Shown in pieces: positions 28,135 to 40,473 of a stretch of 64,000 nt of DNA; positions within the stretch are counted from its first letter, which is position 1; each line of letters opens with the position of its first letter. Source of the DNA: Vicugna vicugna (taxonomy: Eukaryota). Both the position numbers and the translations under genes were made by a program. The DNA lies in NCBI GenBank assembly GCA_013265495.1, contig MU058045.1:257241-321240 (forward strand), given 5' to 3'. The notes beneath the pieces are model-generated. The model saw nothing but the letters and a program-made list of their open reading frames with translations. It was not told the origin of the DNA and ran no database searches.

Positions 28135-31100
28135 GGGGGGGGAGGGGGTCCCGGCGGCGGCGCCCGGGGCGGCCCAGGCCTGGGCCTCGGCAGCCTCGGG
28201 GAGGAGCGCTTCCCGGTGGTGAACACGGCCTACGGGCGAGTGCGCGGTGTGCGGCGCGAGCTCAACAACGAGATCCTGGGCCCGGTCGTGCAGTTCCTGG
28301 GCGTGCCCTACGCCACGCCCCCCCTGGGCGCCCGCCGCTTCCAGCCGCCCGAGGCCCCCGCCTCGTGGCCCGGCGTGCGCAACGCCACCACCCTGCCGCC
28401 CGCCTGCCCGCAGAACCTGCACGGGGCGCTGCCCGCCATCATGCTGCCCGTGTGGTTCACCGACAACCTGGAGGCGGCCGCCACCTACGTGCAGAACCAG
28501 AGCGAGGACTGCCTGTACCTCAACCTCTACGTGCCCACCGAGGACGGTAAGGGCGCGGGCACCGGGCCGGGCCCCCGGTGGACTCAGCCCACAGACGCGC
28601 ACGCAGACCCTCAGACGCCGTCAGAGCCTGGGGCCGGGAGCTGGGCATTCGTGGGGGTCGTGAGGGGCAATGTGTCCCTTCATGCTCTGCGTGCCCTCCC
28701 CGGGTGGAATGGGTCCCTGCCAGGCAGTCCCAGGAATGAATCCCACATCCACCCCGGATCTCTTTGTGCCCACAGAGAGCCGTTGGCGAAGGAGGCAGGC
28801 ACTAGGCTTGGCCCACTCACCCCCTCCCCACAGAGGCACACACAGAGGGGACACTGAGTGTGATCCAGTGGTGGCGGCAATCATCAGCTGCCTAGACAGC
28901 CACTCTGGCTCTGCCCCATCTCCTGCCCCCAGGCCTGGGCTTGTCCCCAGCAGTACCCATTTTAGCTGCACCTATACCTCAAGGACAGCAAAGACTCCTC
29001 CTTTTCCCCAGGCCAGCATGGGCAGACGTCCATCTGTCACATGCAGAGCCCCTCACCTGAGCTGAATGTCTCTTCCCCAGGATGCTCTGTCTCCTGATTC
29101 CCATACACTCCCAAAGGATCAGGGAAGCTCCTTGCCAAGGGCCCCTCCGTTCCCAGCACAGCCCACCCATCCCCTACAGAACACCTTCCCTGGGGCTCTG
29201 AGCCAGCTGTTTCAGTGAACTGTCCAGTTCACCACAGCACAGCTCATAGTCTCCAGCACACTCCCCTGGACAGCCTTCAGCACCAAGATTAATCAGTGTC
29301 ATTCCAGCACTTTCCAGCACATTCCAGAGTACCTTCCAGCAGTCCACAACAGAGGGTAATCAGCAGGCCTCCAGCCACCCCAACAGCTTCCATGCACACA
29401 GCCCCCATGTTATCCTTCTAACACCGCATGTTGTGACTCCTAAACACCCCGACACCTCCAGAGACCATCCACCCTAACATCCACCACAGAACATTTTCCA
29501 ACGACTTTATACATAGGCTTGGTACCCAAGAACCCCCCTGGGGACACCCTAGACACCCAACACTCCCACATCGTGTACTCAAGTCCTAATGCAAACCAGG
29601 AAGCTCAAGTACTCAACACTCAGGTCACATACCAAACCAACCGGCACACTGACCTTAGGCTCTAGCATGTCACATATCAAAATTCCCAGCCTTCACACAG
29701 CACACTCCCCAGCAATTCTCTGGAATTTCATACCCTGTCACCCACACAGTCCCGTGCTGCCCGGTATCCCTGGGTAACCCCCAGTATCCTCCATATGTAG
29801 ACCTTTTCCCCAGTAACCCTGCACCTGGACCCTGTGCCGCAGCAGGCCACTCACACCACTGTCCCCAACGGTCTCAACACATCGCAAACATTGCTTCCCC
29901 CAACTCCTGCCTACAGATCATCAGTCTCCTACCTCAGGCTGTGACAACACACGTGGCAATCCTACACCCTGCTCACAGATCAAGTACTCCAACACTTTGC
30001 TCCCTGTGCCCAGAGAACACGCCAGTCACAGAACACCTAACTCATGTACCCTAACAGGGTTAACTCCACCTCCCTCGTGTAAGCCATGCCTCCTAGCAAC
30101 CTATACACACAATGCACGGAAGTGTCTAGTCCAATCCTGTTCAGATTCCAAGCACACTAATAGAACATTTACCCCAATACACTCCACGGATTCTCCCCAA
30201 TACCCCACTGCCCTCTGCATAAGAACCATCCACTCCACATTCCCCTGCCCTCTCGCGGGCCACCTCCCCCATTGCCCTCCTACCTGTGAATCATTCACCC
30301 CAGGGCTTCCAACAGACCATCCATCTCGACACTCTCCACTCGTGGACTCTCCACCCAAACCTTTGTGTAGAAGGCTATCCCCTCACCGCCCAACCATGCC
30401 CCCTTCAGGGGGCTCTTGTCTCATCATGCCTCATGCAAAACATCCACCTGGCATTTCCCACCGGTGGACTGTCCACCCCAACACCTCCGCACAAATTGGC
30501 CACCCTGCCCCCATCCCACCCATGCCCACACCTTCTATATTTTTAACCACCACTTATTGCAGACCTGCTTGGGGCCTGACACATTCAGGTGATCTCACTG
30601 AATCTTCACACCGGCTAGGTTCTGGGAGGAAGAGGTTGACTCAGAAGTGCGTGCGTGCACACACCCGCTCGCTTAATACTCTCCCGCGCACACATGCCCT
30701 ACTGACTTCCTCCCCATCCCCATCCCATCAGAGAAGAACAGGCTCTTATCCTAATGGGTCCCCATGGGGCCATCATCACCAACTGGGAGATGCCTTCAAG
30801 AGTCTGGCCTTGGCCTTGCTGACCCTCTCTCCCTCCCCATGCTGGTCCCCTTGCCCTTGAGCAGAAATCCATCAGCCTGGGGGAACACCTCACGCCTCTG
30901 GGTTCCAGCTCTCCCTTGACCAATCCCCCCCATCTGAAAGAAGCCTGGAGCCGAACTCTGAGCCCAGTCTGGGGCCTTTCCTTGACAGTGGGCACACTTT
31001 GTGCCTCCCAGCACCTCCTGACACCTTATGTGTTGAGCTGGCTCAGGGCACTGTTTCCTAGTCCCTATTTGTGGGCTGAACCTTCAATTGGGGAGGGAGG

Positions 31101-34100
31101 CTTTTTGGCATTAGACCAGGGGTTGGTGGGAGGCTAATGCCCCTGGTGGGAAGTTTACCATTGCTGGGGGGAGGAGAGCAGGCTTGGGTAAGGGATGAGG
31201 TTGGGGGGTTGCAGAGGGAAAAGGTGGAGTGGAGGGCAAGACCTGATGACCCCTTCCCTGCTTTGCCCCACATTGGGGACATGGGGAGAGAAGTCAGGCT
31301 TGTGAGTGCGGGTGGAAGAGAAATGCTGGCTGGTGAGAGGCTGGGGAGGTGGGCAGGCAGCCCTAGCTGACCTCCCCACACCCCTCCAGAGGGGAGCTGA
31401 GGGCTTCCAGGGTTTATGAACTGCTGGGATCTGCTGCCCCCAACCCCATCCTACTCTCTGCAGCCTAGGGGAGCAGGCAGGTGCTTGGCTGGCCCTGAAG
31501 AGGGTCCGCGTGAGTGGTGGCCCCGGGGTGGCACAGCTGGCCTTTGGCTCCCGCTTCGGGTGGGCTTCCCCTCCCCTCCCACCCCACCTCTAACACCGTT
31601 TCATTTCCAGCAATTAGCAAACACTTCGACAAGCCAAATCCTTTCCAGCCAAGTCAATATGTCTTAAGACAGGCCTCAGCCCGCTCAGGCACCCCACCCC
31701 CCCAAAACCAGCCTTTTCTTTGGGGCATGACTTTTTCAGGGGAGGGGAACAAAATTGGGTTGTAGAAACGTTTTTCTCTTTTCTTGGTTTCTTTTTCTTG
31801 CAAACAAATTTTGCTTTTTTTGGCTTATTTTTTCTGCCCCTCACCCTCCCCTTTTCTGCTTTCTCTCCTCCCCTCCCCATCCACCACCTCCCCCGACCCC
31901 CATCTTTCCCCACAAAATTGTCCTTTTTTCTCTGTTTTGTGTTCCCGGTCTTAGGTCCGCTCACAAAAAAACGTGACGAGGCGACGCTCAATCCGCCAGA
32001 CACAGGTAGATTTAAAAATCCCGCTGCTGCATGTGGTTGCTGATAAGAGGACGTTCATGGCCCTGCCCCTAACTAAATGCCCCCACAGCCCTCAAGGCCC
32101 CTCAGTCGTTTTCCCAACTAAAAACGAAAAAGAAAAGAAAAGAAAAATTTGTAATAATTGGAAAAAAGAATTATGAAAACTTCAAAAGAAATTTGAACAA
32201 TGTTGGACCCACTAGAAAGCTGGCAAGCAAAGCTAAACATGGCGAAAGTAAAGTGAAAAAAGAAATTGGAATGTCAGAAAAACAGAAACAAAAACAAAAC
32301 ACCAAAGAATTGGATAAAATGTTTAGAACTGGACAGAAATTTGGACTGTTTTGAAACTTGGGAAATGTAATATTTGAAAAAAACAATTTTAATTTGGAGC
32401 CAAACAACATTTGAAAAAAAAAAGTTAATTGGCAAATTGATGACACAGTTGAAAACATCAGAAACCTGCTACAATTTCCAAAAGCCTGTCAGATGCAGAA
32501 AACGCACATTTGAAGCAAATTAAAGAATTTGGAAATTTTTGAAAACAGGGCCCAATATCTTGAAGTTTCACCACAAAATTTTGAAAAAAATGCAAAGAAC
32601 TTTTTTTTTTCTTTTTTTTCCAAAAACGGATCTTTTTTTTTTTTTTTTCTTTTCTTGTTGAATCTGCCCCGAGAGCTTCTTGCTTTTTGGTTGTTGTTTT
32701 TTCTTTCTTTCTTCTTTCTTGATCTTGTTTTTTGTTGTTGGTTTTGAATTCTTGTTGCCCCAGCCCCCCTTCCTGCTCCTTCCCTTTCCAACTCCCCCTC
32801 CCCCAACGCTGGGAGTGGAGGTGCTGGGTGGGGAGGTGGGTGGAGTATTGAGGACATTTAGGACAGGACCTCAGAGGGAAGGAGACTCCAGCCTGAACTG
32901 CTGGAAGACCACTGGAAGTTCAGGAACAAAGGGAAGAACAGGAGTTGGGGAGGATCGAGAGGGCAATGCCCACCTAGGAGCTCCTGGGCAAAGTCAGGTG
33001 GAAGGAGGCGGCAAAGGAGGTCCTAACAGACCGAAGGGAGGAAGCTGTATGCGGGGGGATGTCTTAGTGACTTGTTGGTTGACCTTCTGGCAGGAGGGAA
33101 GCTCCTAGTAGGATGAGGGTGGCGGGCAAAGGCACTGGGGACCTGCAGTGGAGGCCCAGGCCTGGCTTTTGTTTGCCTAGTGCCCAGGCTAGTCAGAGAT
33201 TGCGGGTGTCAAGAGAGAGGAGGGCCTGTAGGCCAGGGGTGACCCCAGCCCTGGCACTCTGACCAAATCATGGAGGAGCTGCTGGGCCGGGGACTCGGCC
33301 AAGCCCTCTCAGACTCCCAGCCTCTTCTGGAGTTAGTTACCCCCAGGTCCGGTCTGGAGTGCCTCAGGGGCCTCCTATACATGGCAATGGTCATGGGGCC
33401 CTTTCAGGACATGGCAAGAGAAGGGTCCGGAGCCCAGGGCCCAGGCCAGTTTTGGGGGGTCCAAGATTAGAGAGCTGCACCCCGGCTTCATTAAGCAGGC
33501 TCTTTCCTACCCTGCCTCCTCCTGCCACAGTAATTAGGCTGGGGGTTGCCATGGTAACTGGGGAGGTGACCTAGAAAGGAATTAGGGCGGGGAGGAGACC
33601 AAGCCCCCAGGGACCCTAGGGCCTGGCACCCCCTCACCCACAGACCAGGCTACCATGTGGAGCTGAGGCCCAAGGCCTGAGTCTGAGGAAACGCCGGGAC
33701 ACTCCCAGCATCTCTAGCTCTAGTGCCAGCCTTGGGAGCTCGCTCTTCCTAGGAGCAGGAAGGAGATTTGCTGTGTGTGTGTGGGGAGGGGGTGCCCTGG
33801 ATCCAGCAGATGCCCTGAGGAGGGCCACCCCCCACCCCTGCCTCTGTTAGGCTTCTTGGAAGGTCTGCCCAGCATTTAGAGAAATGCTGTGGGGCAGACC
33901 GGCAGGAGATGGGGAGGGACCTTCTGCCAGGGCTAACTGCGGAGGGAGGGAGGGGAATCCGGTCTTGCCCCCCAGGGTCGGGAGTGACATGTCCCGTGAG
34001 CTCCAGGCTGGACCTCAGCAGGCCTGGGAGCTGGGTGGTGCTGCTTCTGGTCTAACTGTGTCGTTGTCCCCTCCCCCCTCCCCCACCCCACGCAGATATC

Positions 34101-37100
34101 CGGGACTCCGGGAAGAAGCCAGTGATGCTGTTTCTGCATGGCGGCTCCTACATGGAAGGCACTGGGAACATGTTCGATGGCTCGGTCCTGGCCGCCTACG
34201 GCAATGTCATTGTAGCCACGCTCAACTACCGGCTTGGGGTGCTCGGTGAGGGTGGGCAGCCAATTCGAGGGGCCGGAGTCTGGGAAGTGGGGACCTGATG
34301 GGTGGGGTTCCTCTAAACCCAGCAGAATTAGAATGGCTTCTGGGCTGGATCCAGATGCCCAGAAAGAGGGCAAGGGCGCTGTGACACCCCCAGGGAGCCC
34401 CTTTTCTTCCTCTACCCCCAGGTTTTCTCAGTACCGGGGACCAGGCTGCAAAAGGCAACTATGGGCTCCTGGACCAGATCCAGGCCCTGCGCTGGCTCAG
34501 TGAGAACATCGTCCACTTTGGGGGTGACCCCGAGCGCATCACCATCTTTGGATCCGGGGCAGGGGCCTCCTGTGTCAACCTTCTGATCCTCTCCCACCAT
34601 TCGGAAGGTACCAGTCACCTCCTCAGCCTGCCCCTCCTGTCCCCTTTCCCACACCCCTGACCCCACCAGGTCCCCCTTCTCTTCCCTTGGGTTGATACAG
34701 CCCAGCCTAAAGCCTGCTTGTCTCACCAGGGCTGTTCCAGAAGGCCATTGCTCAGAGTGGCACTGCCATTTCTAGCTGGTCCGTCAACTACCAGCCGCTC
34801 AAGTACACGCGGCTGCTGGCGGCCAAGGTGGGCTGTGACCGGGAGGACAGCGCCGAGGCTGTGGAGTGTCTGCGCCGGAAGCCTTCTCGGGAGCTGGTGG
34901 ACCAGGATGTGCAACCCGCCCGGTATGGGGGTGGGAGAGGGCCCAGTCCAGGTCTCCACTCTCCTGGTTCCAAGGAGGTTGATGGTGAGAGGTGCCTGCA
35001 GGCCACGGGCATTCTATTTGGCAAGGAGAGGTGCGCTTTGGGCCCCTTCAGTGGCCCTGCCTTTTCCTAGAAGCCTTCTCTAAGCAGGGTGCCTAAACAA
35101 ATCCAGTGTGCCCAAGGTGTCATGAAGTGCTTCAGGGAAGATTTCCTGAGAGGCCAAGCCCCCTGAAGGACTCAGGAGGTTTTATCTAGGGGGGAGGGGT
35201 CTTCCGAGCAGAGGGCCCAGCAGGCTGTGAGCTGAGAGGGGGCCAGTGAGCAGATGATGAGAACTTGACCCCTTCTCCCCAGCTACCACATCGCCTTTGG
35301 GCCCGTGGTGGACGGTGATGTCGTCCCCGATGACCCTGAGATCCTCATGCAGCAGGGAGAATTCCTCAACTATGACATGCTCATCGGTGTCAACCAAGGA
35401 GAGGGCCTCAAGTTTGTGGAGGACTCGGCAGAGAGCGAGGACGGCGTGTCCGCCAGCGCCTTTGACTTCACAGTCTCCAACTTTGTGGACAACTTGTACG
35501 GCTACCCGGAGGGCAAGGATGTGCTTCGGGAAACCATCAAGTTTATGTACACGGACTGGGCCGACCGGGACAATGGCGAGATGCGGCGTAAGACCCTGCT
35601 GGCGCTCTTTACCGACCACCAGTGGGTGGCACCAGCTGTGGCCACCGCCAAGCTGCACGCCGACTACCAGTCCCCTGTCTACTTTTACACCTTCTACCAC
35701 CACTGCCAGGCTGAGGGCCGGCCTGAGTGGGCAGACGCAGCGCATGGGGACGAGCTACCCTACGTCTTTGGTGTGCCTATGGTGGGTGCCACCGACCTTT
35801 TCCCCTGCAACTTCTCCAAGAATGACGTCATGCTCAGCGCCGTGGTCATGACCTACTGGACCAACTTTGCCAAGACTGGGTGAGGGCCAGAGGGGCTGGG
35901 GCTGGGTGGGGCACCCCTGCGGGCCGGGACACATACACCCTCCATCTGCAGCCCCTTCTCTCCCTCTCCTTCACATGGCCATCATTCCTCCATCAAGGCA
36001 CTCTTGCCTTCTTGACTCAGGCACCTGCTGGAAAGTTCCTCTGTGCACGTTGGAGATTCAGAAGAGTTAAGACAGAGAAGTCCCTGTCCTTTCGGGGAGA
36101 GGGGTGTCACTTGGTGGCTTTGGCTCCGTGTCTGTCTCTCCTTCCATCCTTCACCCACCCATCTCTCTCTCCTCCCAGAGCTCAGCCCTTTGCTCCCGTC
36201 TGTGTCTCTGAGTATGTGTAAAGGTTTGTGTCTGTCTGTCTTTTTAGTGCTGTCTCTACCTCTCTCTCGTGAAATCCATTGATACCTCTGCTCTCTTTGA
36301 TCTGGTTACTCTTTGCTCGCTGGTTTTCCCCGGCTCTCTCATATGCCTTTGTCTCTCTGTTTCCATATGTCTGTATCTCATTCAGTCTCAGATTCTGCCT
36401 CTCTCACTGGCAGTCTGTCTGTTTTTGCCCTCTCTGTGGCTCTGTCCTCATCTCTCTGTGCCTGGCAGTCTGGCTCCATCCCTTATTGGTCTCTGTCCCC
36501 GTCTCTGGCAGTTTCTCTGTCTGTTGGGATCCATCTCTGCCTCTCTCTTTTTCTCTGATTTTGTCTTCCTGGCTCTCTGCATCTCTGTCAGTCTCTCTCT
36601 GTTGCTTCCTTGTGGGAGCCTCGCCCTCACTCCTCCTTTCCTGCCCTCCTGTGCCCACAGCGACCCCAACCAGCCGGTGCCGCAAGACACCAAGTTCATC
36701 CACACCAAGCCCAACCGCTTTGAGGAGGTGGTGTGGAGCAAGTTCAACAGCAAGGAGAAGCAGTACCTGCACATTGGCTTGAAGCCGCGCGTGCGCGACA
36801 ACTACCGCGCCAACAAGGTGGCCTTCTGGCTGGAGCTCGTGCCCCACCTGCACAACCTGCACACGGAGCTTTTCACCACCACCACGCGCCTGCCGCCCTA
36901 CGCCACGCGCTGGCCGCCCCGCCCGCCCCCCGGCGCCCCGGGCACGCNNNNNNNNNNNNNNNNNNNNNNNNNNNNNNNNNNNNNNNGCCCCCCGGCGCCC
37001 CGGGCACGCGCCGCCCGCCGCCCCCTGCCACCCAGGAGCCCGAGCCCGAGCCCGAGCCCGGCCCGCGGGCCTACGACCGCTTCCCCGGGGACTCCCGGGA

Positions 37101-37870
37101 CTACTCCACGGAGCTCAGCGTCACCGTGGCCGTGGGCGCCTCCCTCCTCTTCCTCAACATCCTCGCCTTTGCCGCCCTCTACTACAAGCGGGACCGGCGA
37201 CAGGAGCTGCGGTGCCGGCGGCTCAGCCCACCGGGCGGCTCAGGCTCCGGCGTGCCCGGCGGGGGCCCCCTGCTCCCCGCTGCCGGCCGCGAGCTGCCCC
37301 CGGAGGAGGAGCTGGTGTCGCTGCAGCTGAAGCGGGGCGGGGGCGTCGGGGCGGACCCTGCTGAGGCCCTGCGCCCCGCCTGCCCGCCCGACTACACCCT
37401 GGCCCTGCGCCGGGCACCGGACGACGTGCCTCTCTTGGCCCCCGGGGCCCTGACCCTGCTGCCCAGCGGCCTGGGGCCACCACCTCCCCCACCGCCCCCN
37501 NNNNNNNNNNNNNNNNNNNNNNNNNNNNNNNNNNNNNNNNNNNNNNNNNNNNNNNNNNNNNNNNNNNNNNNNNNNNNNNNNNNNNNNNNNNNNNNNNNNN
37601 NNNNNNNNNNNNNNNNNNNNNNNNNNNNNNNNNNNNNNNNNNNNNNNNNNNNNNNNNNNNNNNNNNNNNNNNNNNNNNNNNNNNNNNNNNNNNNNNNNNN
37701 NNNNNNNNNNNNNNNNNNNNNNNNNNNNNNNNNNNNNNNNNNNNNNNNNNNNNNNNNNNNNNNNNNNNNNNNNNNNNNNNNNNNNNNNNNNNNNNNNNNN
37801 NNNNNCTCCCCCCACCGCAACCAGCCACAACAACCCCCTCCCCCACCCCCACTCCACCACTCGGGTATAG
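28135..37870 (+). CDS. NLGN2: Neuroligin-2. The start codon and signal peptide are missing in this sequence, and the last exon has two N gaps.
   Basis: Exons about 28135-28546, 31955-32005 (splice site A), 34096-34245, 34422-34607, 34730-34922, 35283-35879, 36661-37870. Cholinesterase-like domain ([16 protein letters not shown] lacking the catalytic Ser), TM segment [27 protein letters not shown] ligand HSTTRV then TAG at 37868-37870. Confidence 0.95.
31955..32005 (+). CDS. NLGN2: NLGN2 alternatively spliced insert A (A2-type, 51 nt, [17 protein letters not shown])
   Basis: TTAG acceptor and GTAGA donor, phase 1-1; matches the known NLGN2 splice site A peptide. Confidence 0.92.
36948..36986. 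other. Assembly gap (39 N) with a duplicated 23-nt flank
   Basis: GCCCCCCGGCGCCCCGGGCACGC occurs at both 36925-36947 and 36987-37009. Confidence 0.95.
37500..37805. other. Assembly gap (306 N) in the NLGN2 poly-Pro tail
   Basis: Run of N between PPPPPPP and PPTATSHNN. Confidence 0.98.
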
Positions 37871-40473
37871 GGGGTGGCTCAGGGAGGCCTCCCTTTCCAA
37901 ACCTCCCGGCCCACTCAGAAGGCGGGGAGGGGGACTTGGCCACAGGCTCTTCTCGCGTGGAGTCGTCACACGTCGAGGAGCGTTGGGTGGACATGGATTT
38001 CCTCACCGGGACTCGTGTTTCTCCCAGACAGAGAGGCCCATTCCCTTCTCCGGACCTGGGCCTTCGAACAACTGGGGTGGTGTGGAGGGGGTTTCCCCTC
38101 CCTTGGGACACAGGTCCTCGGTGTGTGGAGACGCGGAAGTGCTTTCCCACGTGGAGGTGTGCTTTCTCACGAGGGGGTGTGTTTTCCCATGTGCAGGGTG
38201 AGGTTTTTTTTTTGCCGCCCTGGACACATGTTGGCTCCCTCAAAGAATTTCTGCGGGGATTTGTTCCCCAGAATCCTGTTCCCTCATGCCTTCTCCCACC
38301 TCCTCCCTCCTCCCACCCCCTGGAGACCTTGGAAGTGTTGTGTTCTCAGTGACCCTTGGCCACCAGATGACACAGGGTGGTGCCTGGGAAGTAGCGAGTA
38401 AATCACAGCCCCCCTCCCTGCCCCCACCCCAGCGAAGCATGTTTATCCCCCGTGGCACAATTCAGGTGAAGCCTGGTTTCCACAGATGACAGACGCAGAT
38501 TCCCTGCCGGGGGTGGGGGGCGGGGAGGAGGAGAGCCTGCATCCCTGTGCTGCCTGGGAACTTGTCTTCCCACGGGTCCAGGACGCACTTCTCTGAGTGG
38601 AAACATGTTCTTGCATGTGGATGTATGTTTTCCCATGCAGACGGCCCCTTTCTCTCCAGCACTTCCCTGCATCCCCCAGGCCTCGGGCCCAGCACTTCAT
38701 TTCTCCTCACACAGCAGGTGGGAACAGATGTCAGAATGACAGAAGCTGAGGGGGATGTACAAACCCTGAGTGGGTGCTCTGCCTCTCCCTCCCCCAGAGA
38801 TGCCCAGCTTGGGGGAGGGGGACATGGCACCTGCCACCCACAGAGGCCATGCATGTTTGACCAAAGCCCTCACTGGGGCCTGAGGACAGCCCTTTCCTCA
38901 GTCCTCCGACCACTGCTCACCTGTGCCAAACTGGGGAGGTGGGTTTGAGGGGAGAAGACCCCCAAAATATGCCAAGGATGCCCCAGTCCTGGGCCAGGGT
39001 AGGTAAATGTGGGGGCAGGTGGAATATAGGAGAGGAAGAGGTGGCTGTTAAAGTGGTTCCACCTGTGTCCCTCTTCTCCCCACACCATGTCTCAGCCCTT
39101 CCTCTCTGCCTCTGTTCTTCCTCCCCCTGGTGTCAAACCAGCTTCTCCCCTCAGCTACCCTCCCCCTCCTTTGACCTTCCCCCTCTCCCCTGGGCCACCA
39201 GGGATGAAGGAAAGGAGCAGTGGAGGAGGGAGGGGAGAGCAGGGGACAAGGGCTTCCCGGGACAGCCTGGGGAGAAAATGGGGTCAGCTGTGCTGAGGAA
39301 CAGATGGAGGGGGCAGTGGGGGACGGGGCTTGGGTAGATACAGGCAGGAAGAATTTGATTTGAAAGGACGTGTGTAAGGTGACTGCCCAAAGAGAAAGGG
39401 TTTGGGCCTCTGGAGAAAAGAACGATGTCAAGGAGGGTTTTAAGGGACACCAGCAGAGAAGGAGTGCATCCTCGTCTGCCGGCGTCTCGTGGGTTTGTTA
39501 GTCCAAACCTGAGTAGGGAGTGGAGTGCTGTCTTCCACTGACACCCAAATCCAGAATCCCTGGTCTTGGCTCCCCAGAACTTTGCCTCCTGACTGTCCCT
39601 TCTGTCCCACCTCCACCCGTGGAAACTTAGTTCTTTTCCCACCCTTTCCCCTGCCTGGTCTAGCTCCTTCCCAAACAGCCATGCTCTCTAAATGCTAGGG
39701 ACCTGGGCCCTGAACCCTGTAGACAGATGCCCCCCAAATTGGGGCATGGGAGGGGGGCTGGGGGACCCCATGATTCAGCCACGGACTCCAATGCCTAGCC
39801 CCTCTCCCCAGAACAATTTCCTTACAATCCCATGTCCCCATCCCAACCCTTCGCGGCTCTGTACACATTTTTAAACCTGGCAAAAGATGAAGAGAATATT
39901 GTAAATATAAAAGTTTAACTGTTGGTTGTACCGGCTGTCGTGTTAGGAGATGGGGGTGGGAAGCTCCAAAGAAAAGAGCCTGGGGAAGTGACTCTGCTGA
40001 TGAGGGGGAGGAAGAGGGGTTCTGAGCCCACAGCCCTCTTCAGTGAACAGCTCTGATGTCAAGAGAAAGGGGGAGTAGGGTTCGGGGTGAGGTTGTCATC
40101 GTAATAGGCTTGTCTGGGGAGTTGGAATCAGGATCAGTCTCTGTGCAGGGGTCAGAACCTGGTGTAGAGAGGACCGGGTAGGGGTTGATGGGGGCAGACA
40201 CCGGAAAGGCCGGAGGGCCTATGGGCTGGGCTGGGAGGCGGGCTGCAGGAGAGATATGTGAAGTGAAGGGTTTGGTCTCTGCTAAGGCATGGGCCCAGGC
40301 CGGGGGATCGACATGGGCCCAGGACTCTCCCCTTGGCACATTGTGAGGGAGAGCCCCCCCATCATTGTGACCCGTGTACCCCCAGGAGCCTCTGGGACAG
40401 GAATGTGGGCCGGTGGATTCTGTGGGCACAGTGGGCTGGGGGTCTAAGGGCCCCAGTGGCCCTAGGGACCCCC

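Noticed and set aside
29997..30860. 287-aa ORF in an NLGN2 intron
   Set aside because: Non-ATG start; explained by C/A skew depleting stop codons.
36269..36660. Hydrophobic 5' part of the 353-aa ORF
   Set aside because: CT-rich intronic low-complexity sequence before the true acceptor at 36660; not a membrane domain.
37871..38352. C-terminal extension of the 539-aa ORF
   Set aside because: Frame artefact of the N gap; NLGN2 ends at HSTTRV-TAG (37870).
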